DNA of 43,922 nt from Chiloscyllium plagiosum (GCF_004010195.1 NC_057719.1:37878547-37922468); one strand, 5' to 3'; counted from the stretch's first letter, positions 12,459 to 26,004 are shown. Notes: generated by a model not told the origin, from the sequence alone. A program made the numbers and translations.

Positions 12459-15010
12459 AAATGACAGAAATTGCAGCATTTCTTGGATCATATAACCAAG
12501 CCATGAATATTACCTTTTCTTTTATTCATTGCAGATTCTTAATCCCATTAGGGTTAACAATTGCATTCAGACAAATATTTTGCATAAATTTCTTTGCGGT
12601 TACAGTATAAATGAAGCAAATGCATCTTTTGTGACTCTGCTAGCATTAGAATGCAAACAGGTATATCATTCAGCAAAGAAGCTGAAAGACTTGAAATGCT
12701 ACCTTCTAACTGGGAGCTGTTGTCTGAGTATGCTTTTACAACAGAAAACCCCATTTGGACTGGTTTTCTGTTACCATTCACTTACCATGTTGCAATCCAT
12801 ATATCAATCTCTGAATGTAGATTTTGTGTAGAGGTTTGAGATACCCACATAACGATTGTTTTGTTAATTTATGTAAACTGGACATTAAACACATCAGGAA
12901 CAAGAAACTTGCACAGCCAATAGCAATAAGAGCAGAAGATGGGTCATTTTATTGTTTAAGAAAGATTTGTGGCTATAGTTAGGTTATTGACGGTTTCTTT
13001 TTGTTAGCACCTTCCTGCTTCTGTTAGGAATAGAAATATTCTTGAATGAGTGGTGTCACTGTTTACACACACCGATAACTGATCAAAAATACATGTATTT
13101 TTGGAATGGTGTTATTGGTGTTTTAGCCACACTCAAAGCAACAAGGTGGCCAGCTTGAATGGGAAATGGCACCCATATTTAATTCCAAGGAAGTTGAGAT
13201 TCAAACTTATCTTTAATTCCTATGACTGAAGCAATCTCCAGCTTAAAAAAGCTTAAGAATAAAGCATTACATTGCATTATAGTATACAGTGATACTGAAA
13301 CAGTTTTTGTTTAGTGTATTATTATTTAAGGTGCTTTTAACTGCCAATTGTAGTCTGAAAGTTTTTGTTAATATGAATTGTAGGTGACTAAGTAGAATAT
13401 TACTAAAATATCCATCTATCTTAAAGCCTTGTGGATGCTAGTTTTACATAGATCAGAATTCATCAGTTGATTGTGCTACCTTTGAAAAAAAGCCTTACTA
13501 ATATTGTGTTTACTGTAAATAGTATATGTGCAAAACTATAATAGTAATTTGAAGTTCAATTGCTATTTAGCAATTTTTTTAATTCCCTTTAGAAACTGAC
13601 AAATTGGTCCTAACCAAATTATAACCAAATGTCATTAGTGATGCTTTTGTGTTGGAGAAAAGGACAATGTTTACACTTGCCAGATATATTAATCAGACTC
13701 TTGTATATAGATTACATACAGTTTGAGTCCATTCTGAGAGTTCAGTCTATTGAATTTTGCACTTTGAACTTTTCTCGAGGATACCTTGTGAAAATCAGAT
13801 ACTCCAGAGCTTGTGGCAACTGTCAGTAACTGATTTTATTAATTGTACAGTATATTATGTTCCTATTAGCTTGAAATGATTACTAACTTTATTAGTTTAG
13901 ATCCAGGAGTCCATGAATGACAATTAATTTTCTTCTGTGTAAACAACTGAAAATATGAAATATCTTAAAATGAAAATAAATCGCGCAATGGAAGGCCATA
14001 TATCTCACTAACAAAAATATATTTTTTAAGAAGATAACTAATTGCTAAAATTAGTTATTTGAATATTAGTAGCACATTGTGAAACATAAACTCTGTTATG
14101 CAGTCATTTTGTTGGTCTGTCAACTTAAATTCTTTAATGTATTAATGAGATGATGCATTATGTAGAGATACACTGCAGTTCCAACTAATGAGCTATAAAA
14201 ATAAGGAAATGGGTGATGCAGTGGATTACCAGACAGCCCAGTCTACAGTCTTTGAATTCAATCCAAACAAGTAACTGACATTTTTTTTTAACCAGCCATA
14301 ATGGTGCATCTTCAAATTAGCTTGTGTAGTGTCATCTCTGCTCATTGTGTTTACAGATCAGTAGCAAAAATCTGTATAATTGAGCAAAGTCTTCTGCATT
14401 ATAAACCCAGAATATTCATTGTGAGGAATAGAAATAATCATTTGATCCCATAGGAGGTGCTCTGTCCTGTGAATAATATAGTTGATCATGAAGCTCAAGT
14501 GCTAGATGTGGAAGTGTTCTGTTGCACAAACTGACTTTATTGTACAGAAAACAATATGAATGCAATGCAGAATGAGAGGTTTTGAATTGTTACTTTCCCC
14601 TCTCTAAATGTGATAGTGAAATTATTGTAAAAGTCTTGACAGATGTCAAGAAAATGGTTTGCAAATGTAAACAGCTATTAATTTGTTTAGGCCAGCAAAG
14701 TATACCATTTTGTTTAAAAATATGAATGATTTATTTGCTTTTTTAGAAGTTGAATCTCTTAATAGAGCTTTCACTTATTGAATATATGCTTAATAATTGT
14801 TACCCTTAGAGATTTTAATTTTAAAATGTTTTAAGCTGTTTAATAAACATGCCTCTATCGTAGTCCATTGAGTTGAATTCAATTCAGTGATTGTTATATC
14901 CTGTGATGAGTAGGATATTTGTTTGAGTAACTAACTTTAATATTTTCAAAGGAACGCATGCATATATGTGATACTGCAGCTCAGCTTGATTGTGGCCTTT
15001 TTGATGTAAA

Positions 15011-15145
15011 AACAATGACTGCAGATGCTGGAAACCAGATTCTGGATTAGTGGTGCTGGAAGAGCACAGCAGTTCAGGCAGCATCCGAGGAGCTCCTTGG
15101 ATGCTGCCTGAACTGCTGTGCTCTTCCAGCACCACTAATCCAGAA
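15011..15145. mobile_element. Palindromic Penelope-derived insertion with 20-bp TSD
   Basis: TGTGGCCTTTTTGATGTAAA at 14991-15010 and 15146-15165. Inverted repeat 15039-15146. Sequence related to the Penelope terminus at 30120-30210. Confidence 0.85.
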
Positions 15146-15472
15146 TGTGGCCTTTTTGATGTAAATCAAAATTTTTACAGCCTGGAATAAATGCATTAAA
15201 GTGTAAATCATAGATTAATTGCACAGTAAATTGAAAGACTGGCTGACTAAATGAATTCACTGGAAAGAGCTCTAGTGATATTCACGTTGTACCAGAAGAA
15301 TATTACATGCATGCTCCTGTGTTGTATATTTAACTATTTATGATAGGTTTCCAATGATACCTAACAACAAAACTTATTAAAAATGTTTATAACGTTTTAC
15401 ATTGTGCATCAAAGCTGGTACTATTGCTTAAACAGTCCCTGTATATGAGTGCATACCCTTTCGCAAAAATGA

Positions 15473-15552
15473 AATAAAGATACTAAACAAATATTTTCTA
15501 TATACATATTTAATAATACTGTTAAAATGTATTGTTTTTGACTAGAAATAAA
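15473..15552 (+). promoter_or_regulatory. Candidate distal polyadenylation signals
   Basis: Two AATAAA hexamers (15473-15478, 15547-15552) near the end of the repeat-poor tract. Confidence 0.4.
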
Positions 15553-16589
15553 TATATAGCTGCCAATCCATTTTTACAGGAGTTAGCATATAATGAGGTT
15601 GCATTCTGTCCATACAATTAAAACAGCAAGAGGATTATTAACTTTTAATACTTCTAGAACATGTTACTGCAAGAATTCCTTGACCACTGTGTGCAGTTTC
15701 TTAACGTCATGACAGAATTTCTTCAGCGTGCGGAAGGATCAATGGATTTTGTTCATTCTGCTTTTTCTTTATTGCTGTTATCCTGTAATTAAGCCAAGAA
15801 GAGACTTATGAATTTAGATTCACATTTTTTAGAATACAAAGCTTCCAGCGATGGTTTTGTACATTCACAAGCATTATTGTTCTGATAAATCTATTATTAG
15901 TGCTGAAGTCAGTAAACAAGTTTGAGGTGAAGTCTAAAATTTCAGGAACACTTTTTCTGATGCTGATGCTTATATACTTGATCTTTTAGGATTTTAGTAT
16001 AAAATGTCATCTTCCTGGTGCTATAATTTTGATCCGTACTCCTATTCAAGTCTTAAGAACTTTTTAGAAAGTCAGAAAAATCTTAATTATTTTACACCAA
16101 ACGATAGTTACTAGGTTTGATGGATGTTCCTTCCATTAACTGCAAAGCCACTAAAACCAATTAATTCTTGCTACTTGTTCTGCCCTAGCAGTAGTATTAT
16201 TGCCAGGCTTTACTATTCTCAAAGCAATCTGAATGAATGCTGTAGTGCTTCAAGTTCCTTATTCATGGCAACAAGGTTTTCATGTATTTTTCCTGGTTTG
16301 TCCTCTGAAAACTTTAGTTCTTGATGATTCCAGGTCCCAGGTACATTGGCAGCTGCCCTCCATGCCAATTCTTTCTGTATTATCAACAAAATGCTGTTTT
16401 TATGACATTTAAATGGTGAATACCATTGCTACCAGACTCCTGTATGATCACACAGCTGAACTGGCAACTCTCCTTCTCCCTCTAAAATTGCTTAAGCTAC
16501 TGAGATTTTCTTTTTCCAGCATTAGTTTTTTTTATTTTGATTTAGTTAAGTTAGGTTTAGTTAATGCTTGAGTGCATGCTAAAAACTGA

Positions 16590-16720
16590 AAAAAGAAACA
16601 AAATGCTGGAGAAACTCAGCAGGTCTGCCAGCATTTGTGGAGAGAGAGAAAAACAAAGTTAACATTTCAAGTCCAGTGACCCTTTGTCAGAACTAAAAGC
16701 AGCTGAGAAATGTTGGTATT
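16590..16720. mobile_element. Penelope-derived short repeat
   Basis: aaatgctggagaaactcagcaggtctg.cagcat..gtggagagag...gttaacatttcaagtcc. Related copies at ~2650-2755 and (inverted) ~29830-29918. Confidence 0.55.
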
Positions 16721-16869
16721 TTATGCTGATGATGGGGATAGGAGTAGAGAATGGGTGGAGTGAGATGCTCCTGACACTGAGATGAACTTCAAAGGACTTA
16801 CCTCTCATCTTGATTCTGCCACGAATCTTATCAAAACCCATGTCACTCACACCCATATAAGTTTTCACC

Positions 16870-17620
16870 TAAACTATTCTGAGAGCAAAGAATAGAGGGA
16901 GATGGGGTGGCATCACTGATTAGGGAAGCAGTTAAGTATTGAAATAAAGGAAATCCTCACTGGGACAAGAACAGAATCTGATTCCTTAAAATTAAGTAGC
17001 AAAGAGAGTATGATCACACTACTGGGAACAGGAGGAGGTATTCTGAAGACATTTTAAAATCAAGAAAGAGAAGAAAATCTGTCAGGAAACCAGAATGATG
17101 TACAAGAGCTGTTTGGAGATTTTATTTACTTAAATGTTAATTGTGATAATATACAAATAATAAGATGGGGGTGGCAGAAAGGAATATCTGAAAGGTGTTC
17201 AGGAGAATTTTGATCAGTATGCTCTCAGTCCGAGCAGGAAGGAGGCATTGCTAAATTTGGTGCTGGGGAAACAAGGTAGGTGAAGTGAATCAGCTGACAT
17301 ATCATTTGGTTTGGATCAATAATGGAGAAGACAACAAATCGAAAGTAGAACTTCCCAAATGGAAGAAGGTGAACTTCAGTGGAATCAGAGTGGATCTCGC
17401 CTGGGTAAAATGGGACCAAGGTATGATGGGAATGTCTGGAACAAAGCAACGGATATCTTTAAGAGGAAATGTACAGGCACAGAACCAGAACCAAGTGAGC
17501 CAACATGACACAGAACCAAGTGAGCCAAAACTAGGGCTCCTTGGATAATGGAGAAAGCAGAGAATGTGAATCAAAAAGAGATGTAATGCAAATCAGGTGA
17601 AGAACAGGCCAAATACATTA
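16870..17620 (+). mobile_element. Degraded CR1 endonuclease region
   Basis: Remnants such as RGRWGGITD, LKGVQENF.QY and LPKWKKVNFSGIRVDLA. Confidence 0.6.
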
Positions 17621-17952
17621 TTCCCATCCAGTCCTCCCTATGTTTCCTCAAATCCCATCCAACAGATCCCCTATTTTTACCTCCTACCACTCCCAACCAC
17701 CTAGCTGCCTCCTACCATCACCCATACCTCTCATGACCAAATAACCTAACCTCTTCTACCTACAATCCCTTCCTCCTACTCGCTAGCATAGCCTATCCTC
17801 CCCCATCACTTTCACTACTAACACTTTACCCTCTCAACCTGCCATCCTTCCCCCTAGCCCACACTATGCGCTCACCTGCCCACATAGTCTTTTCAACTTT
17901 CTGACACCCTCCTTTCACATTTCTTCCATCCATTGCAAGTTCCCCCCCCCCC

Positions 17953-18458
17953 NNNNNNNNNNNNNNNNNNNNNNNNNNNNNNNNNNNNNNNNNNNNNNNN
18001 NNNNNNNNNNNNNNNNNNNNNNNNNNNNNNNNNNNNNNNNNNNNNNNNNNNNNNNNNNNNNNNNNNNNNNNNNNNNNNNNNNNNNNNNNNNNNNNNNNNN
18101 NNNNNNNNNNNNNNNNNNNNNNNNNNNNNNNNNNNNNNNNNNNNNNNNNNNNNNNNNNNNNNNNNNNNNNNNNNNNNNNNNNNNNNNNNNNNNNNNNNNN
18201 NNNNNNNNNNNNNNNNNNNNNNNNNNNNNNNNNNNNNNNNNNNNNNNNNNNNNNNNNNNNNNNNNNNNNNNNNNNNNNNNNNNNNNNNNNNNNNNNNNNN
18301 NNNNNNNNNNNNNNNNNNNNNNNNNNNNNNNNNNNNNNNNNNNNNNNNNNNNNNNNNNNNNNNNNNNNNNNNNNNNNNNNNNNNNNNNNNNNNNNNNNNN
18401 NNNNNNNNNNNNNNNNNNNNNNNNNNNNNNNNNNNNNNNNNNNNNNNNNNNNNNNNNN
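17953..18458. other. Assembly gap in C/T-rich low-complexity DNA
   Basis: Run of N with pyrimidine-rich flanks (~17630-18700). Confidence 0.99.
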
Positions 18459-19129
18459 CCTTCTTTCCCCCATCTACATACCTTTTGTCCCTCACCTCCC
18501 CTCATCACCAATTCCTGTTCGTGTCCATCTCCCATTCCTACCACTTTCCATTCCCCCCTGTCTTCCCATGTCCCACTTCTCCCTTCTCCTGTTCCCTCCT
18601 CCCCACTTTTGTCCTTACCTTTCCCCTCCCTTTTCATTGTCCTGTTCCATTTTCCACTTTCCTGTCATTATCCTTACTTCTCCTTCTGCACTCCACCCCA
18701 AATTCAATCCAACAGTTTGTCAGCAAATCCTTACTTGTCCTCAAAGATTTGCATTTTCTCATGAACCCAAAAGATATATATTTCACTGAACAAATCTCTC
18801 AAACTACCAACAGTCTGTTAATTCTTCAGTTTCAGATTCTTATCCTAGAAAACAGCCTTAACCTTCAATCATACTCTACTGGATCTGGACTCCACACCTA
18901 GGTTCACAAAAGATTGAAGCGAGGTTTCTAAACTATGGAAAGGAATCAAAACATTAGTGGCATCAACTTTGCAAGCAATGGTAAAGGGACATCCCACTGC
19001 TTATGGACGAAAGGGCCACAAGGCCAGCATAGGTCAATTCCAGGGAAGTTTGAAACCATTTCAGGACAAAACAGCCTACTGCATGGAACTAAATCCACAG
19101 GTAGTCAGTCGATGTGTCACAATGCACAG

Positions 19130-19410
19130 TATCAGCAAAGATATCGGCAAGATGCACTGCCGAAATTCACCATGGCTCCTTCGACAGCATGTTGCAAACT
19201 CATGGCCACTACCATATTGACCTGACTTGGAAAAATATCCGTGTTACTTCAGTATTGCTAGGTCAGAACAGTGCCCTTAACAGCACTGTGGATATCCCTA
19301 CACCCCAAGGAATGCAGCATTTCAAAAAGGCAACTGATTACTACCTTCTTAAGACAATTAGTGATAGGCAATGTTTTTTGCCTATCTAATGCATCCTCTG
19401 AATGAATAAA
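19130..19410 (+). mobile_element. CR1-group LINE 3' end
   Basis: Same family as 4400-4822. Ends gaatgaataaa. Confidence 0.6.
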
Positions 19411-19799
19411 GTTCTATGTCAGTCATATGGTTATGGAGACATCATCAAAACTGTTTTAGAAGGATAGGCCTTTTCTCCATGAGGAGAAACAGGTGCTAAT
19501 TGGTTTGCAAGTAAACTGATTGGCCAAGGTGTTCTTTTCTTGTTTCTCCATCACAATGCCTCCACCAATCATAAGCAATTTGCCAACCAATCTCCTTTTC
19601 TCCTTTAGTATACATTGTTGTGTCTATTTGAAATTTGGCATTCTTGAATTTGTCTTGTTAACTGCCAACATGTCTCTCGTTCATCAAGAATCAAGAAAAT
19701 TATATTTACACATGTCCATACATTAGTCTGTGTTATCCCCTTTGGAAAGTGTGTTATAATAAACTAAATGTAAATGAATTGAGTCTTATATAGAGCCAA

Positions 19800-20820
19800 A
19801 TGTCAAAATTCACTGTAAATCCATATAATGGGGCTGGCCACTCCAAAGCAGCAGTAGGTGGGAAAGTATATCATGTGAGAGTGTGAGAAGTTGATCATTT
19901 TTTTTCAGCTCTTGATTCATTACATGAGGATGTCAATCTCTCAGTGATTACAGACTGACTCCTCTCTTTCTTACCACAGGGTCCAATTCCATCTCATTGT
20001 CAGCAGTCCATATTAGCCAATTGTTCAATTATTTTGTTGTTCTTATCTTTCCAATACCTTGTAACAGACATCATATGTTCACCTGAATTGACTGATGAAG
20101 CTTATTTTCATCAGAATCCAGATCCTCCAAATATTTTTGTCTGATCTTGTCTTTCATCACTTCTCACTTTGGTGTAACAAACTTGCCATTAGCTCATCAG
20201 CAGGGGAAATCCATCATTATCCGAATGTATTGCACAGCAGGGTGTAGGCAAGATGGACAGTAAAGAGTGTGACTGAACATGACCTTAAAGTGGGCAAGTT
20301 TGATGTTTGCAACATTCTAACTGCAAACACAAGGAACATATATAACTCATAATAATGTTAATTTTAATTCTTCCCTTGACCAAGTACCTCTTTCCTTCAT
20401 TACAAATGGCCTGTACAAAGCCAACTCATGTTATCTCTCTCAGCTACAAAAACACAGCATCAGGAAAGTGCTGCCGTTGAGGCCTAGGCTGGGTTTTCAC
20501 CACAAATATAAGAACTCAAGCAATAGGAGTGCTGCAGAGATGCAACAGGTTGTGACACTTTGGAATGCCACCTTGCACTGAATTCCATTTGCTTGGAGAT
20601 AGGGCTGACAAGGGCAGCTGCAGCAGGATTGCTCCCAAACATATCCCCACCAGTGGGGACAAGGGTAACCCCCTGATTGCTGTTGGCTGCATCACAGGCA
20701 TTCCAGACGGTGTCATCCCATTAGGTTGTAGCACCATTTTCACTGCTGACAGCTCTGGCCTTGGGATCCCAATTTTTACCCAACATAACTGGTACATACT
20801 TATCAAAGACCCGCAGCAGC
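19800..20820 (-). mobile_element. Possible very old LTR-retrotransposon pol (RT connection/RNase H) remnant
   Basis: Reverse strand reads PAAAALVSP and later PA*ASTAALS...AER, loosely resembling APALAYP and PVAYASRTLS..ER. Weak. Confidence 0.25.
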
Positions 20821-21203
20821 AACATGTGCTAGCGAAGCAAGAAATAGGGAGAGACAGGAGTTGAACATGTGGCTGCAGGGATGGTGCAGGAGGGAGGGCT
20901 TTGGATTCCTGGATAATTGGGGCTCTCTCTGGTGTAGGTGGGACCTCTATACCTGAACCAAAGGGATACCAATATCCTGAGGGGGAAATTTGCTAATTCG
21001 CTTCAGGTGGGTTTAAACTAATTCAGCAGGAGAAGGGAAGCAAAATTGTGGTTCAAGTATACGGGAGGTTGAGAGTAGTGAAGACAGAACTAAGATTTCA
21101 AGATCGCAAGAAGGCACCGGCAAGCAAGAAATTGAAGTGTGTCTACTTCAACGCCAGGAACATCCAGAATAAGGTGGGTGTACATGCAGCATAGGTTGGT
21201 ATC

Positions 21204-21502
21204 TCGGTGGCACAGTGGTTAGCACTGCTGCCTCACAGCACCAGAGACCCGGGTTCAATTCCCGCCTCAGGTGATTGTGTGGAGTTTGCAGATTCTCCCC
21301 GTGTCTGTGTGGGTTTCCTCCGATTTCCTCCCACAGTCCAAAAATGTGCAGGTTAGTGGAATTGGCCATGCTAAATTGCCCGTAGTGTTAGGTGAAGGGG
21401 TAAATGTAGGGGAATGGGTCTGGGTGGGTTGCGCTTCGGTGGGTCAGTGTGGACTTGTAGGGCGGAAGGGCCTGGTTCCACACTGTAACTAATCTAATCT
21501 AA
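21204..21502 (+). mobile_element. HE1-type tRNA-derived V-SINE inserted in CR1
   Basis: A box tggcacagtgg, B box ggttcaattcc, V-domain (gtggagtttgca..ttctccccgtgtctg.gtgggtttcctcc) and (aatct)n tail. Confidence 0.9.
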
Positions 21503-23984
21503 TTTTGATGTTGTGGCCATTTCAGAGACATGGATAGAGCAGGGACAGGATTGGTTATTGCAGGTTCCGGGATTTAGATGTTTCTGTAAGAACAGAGAAA
21601 ACAGCAATAGAGGGGGTGGTGCCGCACTGTTAGTCAAGGACAGTATTACAGTTGCAGAAAGGACGTTTGAGGCAGTATGGGCTGAGATTAGAAACGGGAA
21701 AGGAGAAGTTACCCTGCTGAGAGTTTTCTGTAGGCCTCCAAATAGTTCCAGAGATGCAGCAAAGATGATTCTCAATAGGAACGAGACTGACGGGGTAATT
21801 GTTATGGGGGACTTTAACTTTCCAAATATTGACTGGGAATACAATAGTTCAAGTACTTTAGATGGGTCAGTTTTTGTCCAATATGTGCAGGAGGGTTTCC
21901 TGACACAGTATGTAGACAAGCCAACAAGGGGCAATAACACATTCGATTTGATACTGGATAATGAACACGGCCAAGTGTTAGATTTGGAAGTAGATACACT
22001 TTGGTGATAATGACCATAATTCAGTTGTGTTTACTTTAGCGATGACAAGCGATAGGTATGTACCACAGGGCAAAAGTTATTGCTGGGGGGAAGGCAATTA
22101 TGATGTGATTAGCCAAGATTTAGGATGCATAGGATGGGGCAGGAAATGGCAGCGGATGGGCACAGTTGAAATGTGGAATTTATTCAAGGATCAGCTACAG
22201 CGGATCCTTGATAAGTATGTACCGGGTCAGGCAGGGAGGAAGTTGTCAAGCGCGGAAGCTATGGTTTATGAAGGAAGTTGAAGCTCTTGTCAAGAAGAAG
22301 GCTTATGTTAGGATGATGTGATGGCTCAGTTAAGGCGCTTGAGAGTTACAAGTTAGCCAGGAAAGCCCTCAAGAGAGAGTTAAGTATAACCAGGAGGGGA
22401 CATGAGAAGTCATTGGCGGATAATATCAAGGAAAACCCTCTTGTTATATCAGGAATAAAAGAATGACTAGAGTAAAATTAGGGCCAATCAAGCATAGTAG
22501 TGGGAAGTTGTGCGTGGTGTCAGAGGAGATGGGAAAGTACTAAATGAATAAATTTTGTCAGTATTCACACTAGGAAAAAACATTGTGATTGAAGAGAATA
22601 CTGAGATACAGGCTACTAGACTAGATGAGATTGAGGTGCATAAGGAGGAGTTGTTAGCAATTCTGGAAAGTAAAAAAAATAGATAAGTCTCCTGGGCCGG
22701 ATGGGATTTTCCTAGGATTCTCTTCCCAAGCCTTTGGCTTTGATATTCATGTTGTCATTGCCTACAGGAATAGTGCCAGAAGACTGGAGAATAGCAAATG
22801 TTGTTCCCTTGTTCAAGAAGAGGAGTAGAGTCAACCCTGGAAACTATAGACCAGTGAGCCTTACTCGGTTGAGAGTAAAATGTTGGAAAGGGTTATAAGA
22901 GATAGGATTTATAATCATCTAGAAAGGTATAAATTGATTAGGGATAGTCAACACAGTTTTGTGAAGAATAGGTCGTGCCTCACAAACCTTATTGAGGTCT
23001 TTGAGAAGGTGACCAAATAGGTGGATGAGGGTGAAGCAGTTGATGTGGGGTATATGGATTTTAGTAAGGCATTTGATAAGGTTCCCCATGGTAGGCTATT
23101 GCACAAAATACGGAGGAATGAGATTGAGGGTGACTTAGCGGTTTGGATCAGAAATTCGCTAGCTGAAAGAAGACAGAGAGTGGGAAATATTCATCCTGGA
23201 GTTCAGTTACTAGTGGGCTACCGCAAGTATCTGTTTTGAGTCCACTGTTGTTTGTCATTTTTATAAATGACCTGGATGAGGACGTAGAAGGATGGGTTAG
23301 TAAATTTGTGGATGACACCAAGGTCAGTGGAGTTGTGGATAGAGCTGAAGGATGTTGTAGGTTACAGAGGAACATAGATAACCTGCAGAGCTGGGCTGAG
23401 AGGTGGCAAATAGAGTTTAATGTGGAAAAGTGTGAGCTGATTCACTTTGAAAGGAGTAATGTGAAAGCAGAGTACTGGGCTAATGGTAAGATTCTTGGTA
23501 GTGTAGATGAACAGAGAGATCTCGGTGTCCACACATGCAGATCCTTGAAAGTTGCCACCCAGGTTGATAGGGTTGTTAAGAAGGCATACAGTGTGTTAGC
23601 TTTTATCGGTAGAGGGATTGAGTTTTTGAACCATGAGATCATGCTGCAGCTGTACAAAACTCTAGTGGTGCTACATTTAGAGTATTGTGTACCTCATTAT
23701 CAGAAGGATGTGGAAGCTTTGGAAAGGGTTCAGAGGAGATTTACTAGGATGTTGCCTGGTATAGAGAGAAGATCTTACGAGGAAAGACTGAGGGTCTTGA
23801 GGTTGTTTTTGTTAGAGTGAAGAAGATTGAGAGGTGACTTAATTGAGACATATAAGTTAATCAGAGGGTTAGATTGGGTGGACAGTGAGAGCCTTTTTCC
23901 TAGGTTGGTGATGGCTAGCATGAGGGGACAGCGTTAAATTGAGGGGTGATAGATATAGGACAGATGTCAGAGGTAGTTTCTTTA

Positions 23985-24250
23985 CTCAGAAGTAGTAGGG
24001 GCATGGAATGCACTGCCTGCAGCAGTAGTAGACTTGCCAACTTTAAGGGCATCCAAATGGTCATTGGATAGACATATGGATAAGAATGGAATAGTGTAGG
24101 ATAGATGGGCTTCAGATCTCAGAAGTAGTAGGGGCATGGAATGCACTGCCTGCAGCAGTAGTAGACTTGCCAACTTTCAGGGCATTTAAATGGTCATTGG
24201 ATAGACATATGGATAAGAATGGAATAGTGTAGGATAGATGGGCTTCAGAT
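23985..24250 (+). repeat. 133-bp direct tandem duplication
   Basis: 23985-24117 is repeated at 24118-24250 with three substitutions. Confidence 0.95.
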
Positions 24251-24684
24251 CGGTTTCACAGGTTGGTGCAACATTGAGGCACAAGGGCCTGTACTGCACT
24301 GTAATGTTCTATATTTTATCAGGATCTCAAAACCCTAGCTGAGAGCGAAGACAGCAATTCTCAGGATTATGAAAGGAGAGATATATGATAGGAAGTGGAA
24401 CAGAAAAGATTGATCCAGAATACTGTTCAGAATTCAGTCACAATTCAAGAGTGGCTCTATATTTCCATTCTTTCATTGTCCCAGGAACTCCCTCCCTAGC
24501 AGCACGGAGAGTGCACCTACACCACACTGACTTCAATGGTTCAAGAAGATTCAAGATTTCAGTTTTCATAAGGGCAATCAAGGATGGACAATAAAAGTTG
24601 ACCTAGCTGGTACATGTGAGAGAATTCCAGGAAGTATGTCTAGACTGGTAGAGGTTAATATTTCCCAATCCGTCTGTTCAGGGA

Positions 24685-24765
24685 TAAACTTCTAGACCAG
24701 GTAGAATTTGAAACCAGGTCCTCCTGATTCAGAGGTAGGGACATACCACTGCACCACAACAGCCA
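24685..24765 (-). mobile_element. tRNA-derived SINE head
   Basis: Reverse strand gtggtgcagtggta...ggacctggtttcaaattc (A and B box-like). Confidence 0.55.
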
Positions 24766-25449
24766 TTCAGACTGGAAGTCATCAGCTTAGTTCTAACTTC
24801 AGAAATCAATTATTCACATACACAGTGATTCAGTTGGATTAATGAAGGCAAACAACAGGAATAGCTTTGTGGATTGAGACAAAACTAAAAGATGTTGAAA
24901 TGTGGCAAGTGTATTGCAACTTCTTGTGATGCTTGAAACCATTCGAATCCTTCTAACAAGAAACAGTATCAAATGCAAAAAGTGGAGTGATCATGCAGAG
25001 AATATCAAGTGACAGGACAATTAAGGTTATGATGAAAGTCCATGTGGTCAAAAATTCAAAATAACATCATGAACCAGTTAAGTACCAAAGAAAAAGCTCA
25101 CTCCAAAATGTATCATTGAAAATTCCCAAGTTGGGCAAAGGTATAAATCTTTTTACTACACTTTATAAAATAATCCTTGGATAGGATCTGTACTCATTCA
25201 ATACTAAATGAAGCTTCCTCTGCATTGATCCATTAAGCATTTCCAGGATAAGTGCAACATAGTTTAAACACAAAGAAGGTAAAGTTGCTTATGTGTCCTA
25301 CGTAATAATCAGATATCAGGATTTTCAACTTCTGTCTACAATTCACATCCTCACTTTGACTAATATTTCAGTGCTAATTATCTTTGAGCGAGTTTCCATT
25401 TCCTTTGTAAGAGGCCTCTTCAGGCTTAATCAGGAGCGGCTGTTGGCTC

Positions 25450-25525
25450 TGGCCTGAACCGTCGATTTTCCTGCTTCTCGGATGCTGCCTGACCTGCTGT
25501 GCTTTTCCAGCAACACACTCTCAAC
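25450..25525. mobile_element. Penelope terminal fragment
   Basis: cgtcgattttcctgcttctcggatgctgcctgacctgctgtgcttttccagcaacac is the near reverse complement of 30163-30220. Confidence 0.75.
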
Positions 25526-26004
25526 AACTGTTATTATCTTAGTCTACAGCCGTTTCAGATTACACCTGAATGACAAACATTTCTAAAATGGGTATCTGGT
25601 GAGACTCTTCCACATTCTGTGTGATCTGCAGTCCATCTGTTTGGAATGCAGTTCCTTAAGCTACACATTTTGCTTCTCATCTTCACTTCCTTTTGCATTA
25701 AATAGTTATTTGAAGCAAATGACATGCCATTACCTGCCTCTACAAAGGAAATCCAACATTCTTACTCTGGATTGTTAATTCTTCCTTTCCAAAGTCAATG
25801 TAAGTTTCATAATACATCAATCACTATCCTCTAATGTTTTCCATTGACCTATGATCTAAGTATTCCACCTTATTCTCAAGAAACAGGTCTAGCTGTGCTT
25901 TCTTTCTCATTGGACTAGAAACATGCTGTTGTGGAAAGTTCTCCTGAACACATTCTGGGAACTCTTGCCCCTCTCTGTCCTTTGCAATACTACTAGCCCA
26001 GTCT

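Larger units (their letters stand above)
12459..15575 (+). other. TECPR2: Probable TECPR2 3' UTR
   Basis: AT-rich and nearly repeat-free stretch after the stop codon, with AATAAA at 13258, 13975, 15186, 15473 and 15547. The true end cannot be fixed without transcript data. Confidence 0.55.
20840..24315 (+). mobile_element. Long CR1 LINE (ORF1 end, endonuclease, RT, 3' UTR), decayed
   Basis: VAISETW, VMGDFNFPNIDW, YMDFSKAFDKVPH, PLLFVIFINDL..SKFVDDTK, LERVQRRFTRMLPG. Multiple stops and frameshifts. Confidence 0.95.

Noticed and set aside
17480..17530. Short direct repeat cagaaccaagtgagccaa
   Set aside because: Local slippage within a decayed CR1. No sign of function.
17826..18901. Long ORFs of 200-322 aa
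   Set aside because: They are open only because they cross an N gap and low-complexity DNA.
18935..19389. Three overlapping ORFs
   Set aside because: They partly overlap a LINE 3' fragment and have no recognisable domain.
21204..21275. tRNA gene
   Set aside because: The A and B boxes belong to a SINE head followed by a V-domain and LINE tail. The same applies at 31570, 37700-37778 and 24700.
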